DNA of 55,023 nucleotides from an uncultured Alphaproteobacteria bacterium (GTDB lineage Bacteria; Pseudomonadota; Alphaproteobacteria; CAAHEQ01; UBA3637): NCBI GenBank assembly GCA_949282845.1, contig CASDQF010000034.1, positions 1 to 55,023 of the forward strand, read 5' to 3'. Shown piece by piece: positions 49,328 to 55,023 of this stretch (position 1 is its first letter; each line of letters starts with the position of its first letter). The notes under the pieces were generated by a model. It saw only the letters and a program-made list of their open reading frames with translations, ran no database searches and was not told where the DNA came from. The position numbers and the translations under genes were made by a program.

Positions 49328-50464
49328 ATGTTCAAAAAAAGACTCTTAATAGGTTTATTGATGGGATGCCTATGGATTTCACCGGCCACCGCTCAAGAAG
49401 CTTTTTGGGCTTTTGACGATGACGGACGTGAAATGATTATTCCCCCTGAGTGTGATGAAACTTTTGATGCGGATGAACTGTATGAAATCGGCATGCGCTT
49501 ACTTGATGAAACCGGTTATGTTCGACAAGGGGCGGCTTATTGTCTTCTAGCATCTGCTTTTGCCGGTAATGTTGATGCTCAGTATCAAGTTGCCAATATG
49601 TATCATAAAGGTCTTTCCATGCCTAAAAGCGATTTAGCCGCTTATAAATGGGCAACCTTGGCAGCTTTAAACGGAAGTGAAGAAGCAGACCGGCTCGGCG
49701 CAAATATCGAGCAATTTTTATCCATTCAAGACATCGAAGTATCTACGAACTCTTTAGGCGGTTTAATCGACGGCATGACGACAAACCGTGAAGAAGAACT
49801 AGCTTTACAAAACTCAGATTATGATAACCTAAAAGCTTATTTGAAAATGCTCAAAGAAGATATTTCAGATCTTGAAAATTATGGTAAAATACGCAGCTCC
49901 GGAAGAGAGCGTGTTGTTCCCGTAAGACGGCCTAAATCTTACCAACCCGAAATAACAGCTCCTATTTTTGTGATAGGTCGCGTTGCTCAAACAGTCGATA
50001 TGTGTCCTGAAACAGAAAAAATCTATCAAGCTGAAGGAAACAAAGGAGAAGTATGTTGTCCTGACAACAGCACGGGAGCTGCCTGGGATGGCAGCGGTGC
50101 TTTTGCCTGCTGTCAAGAAGGATCAAAGCCCATTTTGATTCCTTCTCGAGGAGATTCCATGTGTTGCCCCGAGTCGTCGACAAGCGGACGCTGGTTGGGC
50201 GGTGATTGGAATGACTATGAATGTTGCCCACCCGGCACTCTCGAAACAGAGAATAAAGGAAAAGGAGATAAGTATATTTGTTGCGCACCAGACAGTATCG
50301 CGACAGACGGAGTCTGCCGCCCGATTGTGACACAAACAGATAATGAAAAAACAAAAAGCACAAAGAAAAATACGACCCCGACTTTACGCAAAGGTCCCGC
50401 AAAATCAGGTGAATCTATCTTTTCAGCATCTGATTTAAAAAATGCGCCGATGCCGACATATTAG
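49328..50464 (+). CDS. Exported Sel1-repeat protein with Cys-Cys repeat region
   Basis: Signal peptide; GNVDAQYQVANMYHKG…AYKW…AA; five CC repeats. Confidence 0.8.
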   Translation: MFKKRLLIGLLMGCLWISPATAQEAFWAFDDDGREMIIPPECDETFDADELYEIGMRLLDETGYVRQGAAYCLLASAFAGNVDAQYQVANMYHKGLSMPKSDLAAYKWATLAALNGSEEADRLGANIEQFLSIQDIEVSTNSLGGLIDGMTTNREEELALQNSDYDNLKAYLKMLKEDISDLENYGKIRSSGRERVVPVRRPKSYQPEITAPIFVIGRVAQTVDMCPETEKIYQAEGNKGEVCCPDNSTGAAWDGSGAFACCQEGSKPILIPSRGDSMCCPESSTSGRWLGGDWNDYECCPPGTLETENKGKGDKYICCAPDSIATDGVCRPIVTQTDNEKTKSTKKNTTPTLRKGPAKSGESIFSASDLKNAPMPTY

Positions 50465-50469
50465 AGAAG

Positions 50470-50841
50470 ATGATGAAAAAATATTGCTTAATTATCTTAT
50501 TATGTTTATGTGGAACTTTCGGATTAAGCAGACTGAATGCTGAACCAGCCTTTGTCGAAGGAATGCAGGATGTTCCTTTATCAGAAAATATGCAGCCTTT
50601 GCCGGAAGAGCTTTTGATTTATGATAATTTGGATGAGCATGTCATCTTATCCAGCGCAGTTGCCTCAGCTGATAAGCAGCCTCAAATTCAAGCTTTCTAC
50701 AAAGAAACCCTACCGGAATTAGGGTGGACAGAAATCGCTGAAGGAAGATGGGCTCGAGACGGCGAAAAACTCAGTATTGACTTCGATCAAAATGCTTCAG
50801 AAATTTTTATTCAATTTACTTTAGAAACTATTTCAAAATAA
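50470..50841 (+). CDS. Hypothetical exported protein
   Basis: Signal peptide; DVPL, FYKETLPELGW, RDGEKL. Confidence 0.75.
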   Translation: MMKKYCLIILLCLCGTFGLSRLNAEPAFVEGMQDVPLSENMQPLPEELLIYDNLDEHVILSSAVASADKQPQIQAFYKETLPELGWTEIAEGRWARDGEKLSIDFDQNASEIFIQFTLETISK

Positions 50842-50919
50842 GACTTGACTTTTCCTTTTATTTCATGTAAAAGGATTTCCCTAAGGTTTATTAACGTAAT
50901 TTGAATAAGGTAAAAAAAG

Positions 50920-51180
50920 ATGGCCAATCATAAATCGGCAAAAACTCGGATTAAAAGAAATGAAAAAGCTGCTGCTTTCAATGCGTCTTATTTAAACCGT
51001 GTTCGCACACTGGTAAAAAAAGTTGAAAAAGCTGTTTTGGGTGGAAATAAAGAAGAAGCTCAAAAAAACTTTAAAGAAGCTGAATCCGCTTTGGGAAAAG
51101 CTGCCAACAAGGGTGTTATTAAAAAACTCGCGGCTTCTCGCAAAACCTCCAGATTATCTGCCGCAGTAAAAAAACTTTAA
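50920..51180 (+). CDS. rpsT: 30S ribosomal protein S20
   Basis: MANHKSAK…KGVI…AASRKTSRL. Confidence 0.96.
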   Translation: MANHKSAKTRIKRNEKAAAFNASYLNRVRTLVKKVEKAVLGGNKEEAQKNFKEAESALGKAANKGVIKKLAASRKTSRLSAAVKKL

Positions 51181-51204
51181 TCCGTTAAAGAAAAAATCTC
51201 TTAT

Positions 51205-51233
51205 AAAATGCCCTCTTTTAAGAGGGCATTTTT
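51205..51233 (+). terminator. rpsT terminator
   Basis: AAAATGCCCTCTT/AAGAGGGCATTTT stem. Confidence 0.8.
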
Positions 51234-51336
51234 AATACCAGATAAAAAACATTCTTTTTTAAAATTTATTTTTCCATGCTCGGTTCAATCTCACATAAAC
51301 ATTTACTTCCATAAAAAAATCCGTTAGTATTTCAGT

Positions 51337-52140
51337 ATGAAAAAAATAATCTTTTTATTTTTATTGTGGACAGTTCCTGCATTTGCTGCAACATTCCCTG
51401 AAGTCGTTCAGCAAGCTTCTTTTATTTACGGCACTCTTCAACCTTCCGAAAAATTATTTTATCGAGGTTTAAAAGTTCCTGTAGCTCAGGATGGAACTTT
51501 CTTAATAGCTGTTGGTCGAAATGAAACAGAATTAACTTTAACGCTCAAAAAAGGTTTTTTTTCAAAAGAAACATTGCGTATTCCTGTTAAAAAAAGAGCT
51601 TGGCAAATTGATCGGATTGAAGGAGTTGCTCCTCAAAAGGTGGTTCCTCCTCCTGAATTAGCTGAACGGCTTGAGAATGAACAAAAATTATTAGATACGG
51701 CTCGGGCCAAAAGACCTTTTGAAGAAGGCATTTTCCCGGTATGCTTTTTAAAGCCCGTTGAAGAAACACGCATTTCTTCTCCTTTCGGAGCTCAACGCAT
51801 TATGAATGGCGTTGCTCAAAGTCCTCATAGCGGTCTGGATATGGCTGCCCCGAAAGGAACACCCGTTAAAGCAACAGCAGACGGAATTGTTATCTTGTCA
51901 GAAGAAGATTTATTTTACACAGGCGGAACAATTTTAATCGAACACGGATCAGGTGTCCAATCCGGTTATTCACACCTTAGCAGCAGAGCAGTTAAAACAG
52001 GAGATAAAGTTAAAGCAGGAGATATCATCGGAAAAGTTGGTTCAACCGGTCGTTCAACAGGACCTCATTTACATTTTACCCTCGCTTGGAACAATATCCG
52101 GATTGATCCGCAAAGCATTTTCAGTGCGCGATGTCCCTAG
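51337..52140 (+). CDS. M23-family peptidase
   Basis: HSGLD, YSHL, STGPHLH; signal peptide. Confidence 0.92.
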   Translation: MKKIIFLFLLWTVPAFAATFPEVVQQASFIYGTLQPSEKLFYRGLKVPVAQDGTFLIAVGRNETELTLTLKKGFFSKETLRIPVKKRAWQIDRIEGVAPQKVVPPPELAERLENEQKLLDTARAKRPFEEGIFPVCFLKPVEETRISSPFGAQRIMNGVAQSPHSGLDMAAPKGTPVKATADGIVILSEEDLFYTGGTILIEHGSGVQSGYSHLSSRAVKTGDKVKAGDIIGKVGSTGRSTGPHLHFTLAWNNIRIDPQSIFSARCP

Positions 52141-52214
52141 GGGACAAGAACTTTCTTGTTTTTTCTAAAAAATCTGGTATCTTAACAATCATTTTTAAAA
52201 AAAAGGAAAAAAGT

Positions 52215-53609
52215 ATGCTTCAATTTTACAATACACGCACACATCAGATGCAAGAATTTAAACCTTTAGAAGGAAATCATATTCGTATGTATGGTTGTGG
52301 ACCGACTGTTTACAATTATGCTCATATCGGCAATTTACGCGCTTATGTTTTTTACAATTTATTGTATCGTTATCTAAAATACAAAGGTTTTGATGTCACC
52401 TTTGCAATGAATTTAACAGATGTCGATGACAAAACAATACGCGGTTCTCGAGAAGCCGGGCAACCTATCCGAGATTTTACGACAATTTACGCCGATAAAT
52501 TCTTTGAAGATTTAACAACGCTCAATATTTCTCGCCCCGATAAAGTGATTCGCGCAACCGATGAAATTGACGCAATGGTCGAAACAATTCAATTGCTGAT
52601 GCAAAAAGGACATGCTTACCAAACAGAAACCGGTGATGTATTCTTTAAAATTAGCTCTTTCCCCGCTTATGGTGAAATGGCTAACATTGACGCCAGCAAG
52701 TTAAAAGTAAATGCGGATGGACGCCTGGCTGATGAATATGAAAAAGAAGATGCACAGGACTTTGCTCTTTGGAAAGCATGGACAGAAGCGGATGGAGATG
52801 TTTACTGGGATACGCCGTTAGGACGCGGTCGTCCGGGATGGCATATTGAATGCTCAACCATCAGCCATAAACATTTAGGTCAACCTTTTGATATCCATGT
52901 AGGCGGCGTAGATTTAATTTTCCCGCATCATACAAATGAAATTGCGCAATCCGAATGTGCTTATGGTACACTGTTCTGCAACTTTTTCATGCATAACGCT
53001 CATCTGATGGTTAACGGACAAAAGATGTCCAAATCAAAGCATAATTTCTACACCTTACGAGATTTGTTAAATAAAGGATATACACCGAGAGCCATACGCT
53101 ATGAAATGCTGCGTTCTCATTACCGTCAGACAATGGATTTCAAAGAAGAAAACATGCCTGGAAATCAATCTGTCATTGATAGATTAAATAACTTTATGGA
53201 ACGCTTGGGACAAGCATCCGGAGCGGGTTGGTCAGCTTGCAATGAAGTGATTCAAAAAGCGATTGAAAAATTCGAAGCGGGTATGGATAATGACTTAAAC
53301 ACACCAGAAGCTTTAGCTGCCGTCTTTGATTTTATGAGTGAAGTAAATCGAGCTTTTGCCGAGCTTTCTTCTGACAATGCGGCTTGTGTGCGTCAAACGA
53401 TGGAAAAATTTGACACGGTCTTAGGCTTACTGGAAAAAGCCAAAGAACAACAATTAACCTCCGAACAACAAGCTCTGATTGACGAACGCCAGAAATATCG
53501 ACTGGCAAAAGATTGGGCTAAAGCAGATGCCTTGAAAGCTCAATTGGCTGAAATGGGTATTGAAATAAAAGATACGCCGACTGGTCCCGTCGTCAAATTT
53601 ATCTCTTAA
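52215..53609 (+). CDS. cysS: Cysteine-tRNA ligase
   Basis: CGPTVY, HIGN, GRPGWHIEC, KMSKS. Start taken at MLQFYN after AAGGA. Confidence 0.97.
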   Translation: MLQFYNTRTHQMQEFKPLEGNHIRMYGCGPTVYNYAHIGNLRAYVFYNLLYRYLKYKGFDVTFAMNLTDVDDKTIRGSREAGQPIRDFTTIYADKFFEDLTTLNISRPDKVIRATDEIDAMVETIQLLMQKGHAYQTETGDVFFKISSFPAYGEMANIDASKLKVNADGRLADEYEKEDAQDFALWKAWTEADGDVYWDTPLGRGRPGWHIECSTISHKHLGQPFDIHVGGVDLIFPHHTNEIAQSECAYGTLFCNFFMHNAHLMVNGQKMSKSKHNFYTLRDLLNKGYTPRAIRYEMLRSHYRQTMDFKEENMPGNQSVIDRLNNFMERLGQASGAGWSACNEVIQKAIEKFEAGMDNDLNTPEALAAVFDFMSEVNRAFAELSSDNAACVRQTMEKFDTVLGLLEKAKEQQLTSEQQALIDERQKYRLAKDWAKADALKAQLAEMGIEIKDTPTGPVVKFIS

Positions 53610-53616
53610 CAAAAAT

Positions 53617-53646
53617 AAGCCGGAACAAAAACTGTTCCGGCTTTTT
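53617..53646 (+). terminator. cysS terminator
   Basis: AAGCCGGAACA/TGTTCCGGCTT stem plus T-run. Confidence 0.85.
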
Positions 53647-53815
53647 ATTTTAAGTAAATTTTTATCTTTTTTGATTAAAATCCGCCTTAATAAAGCATCA
53701 TCTTATAAAAGAATTTTTCGCCCTTCAAATAAGGACAAAAAATTTGACAAAGATATCAAAATATGCTATAAATAAAGATATACACTAAATTAAGGGGAAG
53801 AAAGGAAAAGTTATC

Positions 53816-55023
53816 ATGGCCAGTGTTGTTTCACGTTTCATCAAAAATCATAAATTATTATCTTTAATTGCTTGCGCAGGTATTTTAATGGGTGGCAATG
53901 CCATGCTTCGTCATTATACAGGATATGAGTATGAGTCTCCTTTTGCAAAAGCCGCACGACAAGCTCAAGAACGCGTTGAAGTTCGTTCTGACCAATCTGG
54001 TTTAAATATTGCACAAGCACAGCAAAATCGTATTGAAAACTCTGCTGCTTCTGCCTTTGAGCAAGTCCTGGAACAAGGACGATTAGCCGCTTCCGGTTAT
54101 GGAACGAACACATCTGGTATTGAAGTTCCAGTTTCTAATGAAGTCCCTTCTACGATTAATGATAAAATCACAGCTGCAGGTATCGGAACGCCGGGACAAT
54201 CGTCAACGGAAAACACTCCAGCTCCCCAAAATCCCCAATCTTTTGAAGAAGTAATGGCTTTAGCTCGTCAAAATCGAGCTAATGGAACAACCGGAATTCA
54301 AGTGCAAACTCAAGTAGCTGAGCAATCTTCTTCAACAGTAGAACAAACACCAACCGTTCAACAAGAATCCAATGTTGAAACACCTTCTTCTGCACCTTCC
54401 GAAGTGGCTCCACAAAACCCAGAACAACAACGATTAACAGAGAGCGAACAAAAAGAAGCTTTAAAAGCAATTGGCCGTTATATGGCGCAAGAACGAGAAA
54501 CATTAGAACAGCTCAATGCCATGATGGGAATGGATGATGAGACAAATATACCAAAAGGTTTTGGTATGTACTTAGATGAAAATGGAGAATATCAAACTTA
54601 TGGTTTCGATGAAAAAACGGGATTAGAAAAAGTCACAGATACCATCATTCAAGAAACCAAGGGAGCTTGGAATGGAACAATTGATGTTGTTTCTTCCATC
54701 TTACCAAGTCAACAACAAGTCGGAGATGCTTTAGATGCTATTACGCCGACACAAGAAGGTTTACAAAAAATTTGGGATGGTACTGTTCAAATTGCTTCTG
54801 ACACAGTCGATTATGTCACACCATCAAAAGAAACAATGCAGGTCATCGGAGATAATCTTACTTTTGAAAAAGGAACAACAACCGACGGTGTATGGCAAAG
54901 TGTCAAAGGTGGATTTAATTCTGTTGTAGATGCGCTTACACCTGCTCAAAAAGAAAACGCACAAGTTGCTCAAGAGACAACCAAAACAACATCCGTTCAA
55001 GAAGAAGTTGCAAAACCTGAAGT
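53816..55023 (+). CDS. Partial large membrane-anchored Q/T/E-rich hypothetical protein (absent from the ORF track)
   Basis: ATG after AAAGGA; MASVVSRFIKNHKLLSLIACAGILMGG… reads open to the window end by my translation; TTGACA-N17-TATAAA upstream. Confidence 0.8.
   Translation, partial: MASVVSRFIKNHKLLSLIACAGILMGGNAMLRHYTGYEYESPFAKAARQAQERVEVRSDQSGLNIAQAQQNRIENSAASAFEQVLEQGRLAASGYGTNTSGIEVPVSNEVPSTINDKITAAGIGTPGQSSTENTPAPQNPQSFEEVMALARQNRANGTTGIQVQTQVAEQSSSTVEQTPTVQQESNVETPSSAPSEVAPQNPEQQRLTESEQKEALKAIGRYMAQERETLEQLNAMMGMDDETNIPKGFGMYLDENGEYQTYGFDEKTGLEKVTDTIIQETKGAWNGTIDVVSSILPSQQQVGDALDAITPTQEGLQKIWDGTVQIASDTVDYVTPSKETMQVIGDNLTFEKGTTTDGVWQSVKGGFNSVVDALTPAQKENAQVAQETTKTTSVQEEVAKPE

Noticed and set aside
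648-54929. Numerous short ORFs overlapping or antisense to confident genes (e.g. 15032-15463, 39130-39498, 49962-50402, 53841-54113)
   Set aside because: Shadow frames of well-supported CDSs with no recognisable motifs.

Overview
AT-rich chromosomal segment of an alphaproteobacterium. The placement is inferred from the ibpA-DUF1150 pair, the long YlxR and the nitronate-monooxygenase-type gene beside pnp; a host-associated RF32-like lineage is possible but unconfirmed. Core genes are rluD, the rimP-nusA-ylxR-infB-rbfA-truB-rpsO-pnp cluster (interrupted by three extra genes), dnaA, trmB, glgP, rpsT, cysS and three tRNAs (Gln-CTG, Gln-TTG, Arg-CCG). Accessory genes include an MlaEFD/PqiC operon, marR-macAB-tolC, an OYE-type flavin reductase, a CoA-disulfide reductase-rhodanese, a Pmp-like autotransporter and MORN-variant, ankyrin and Sel1 proteins. 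I found no CRISPR array, rRNA, integrase or transposase. Main unexplained structures: (1) a full 1:2/2:3/3:4 ribosome-dependent attenuator with a Phe/Trp/Tyr leader peptide (FFWAFYF) upstream of a small ankyrin-like gene rather than an aromatic amino-acid gene; (2) an integrase-free stack of tRNA-Gln 3'-end duplications, including a ~1 kb one-gene islet and a hairpin-rich element that splits a copied T-loop; (3) a shared C-terminal motif on two adjacent, unrelated proteins; (4) tandem NrdR-like boxes upstream of dnaA; (5) a panE frameshift.
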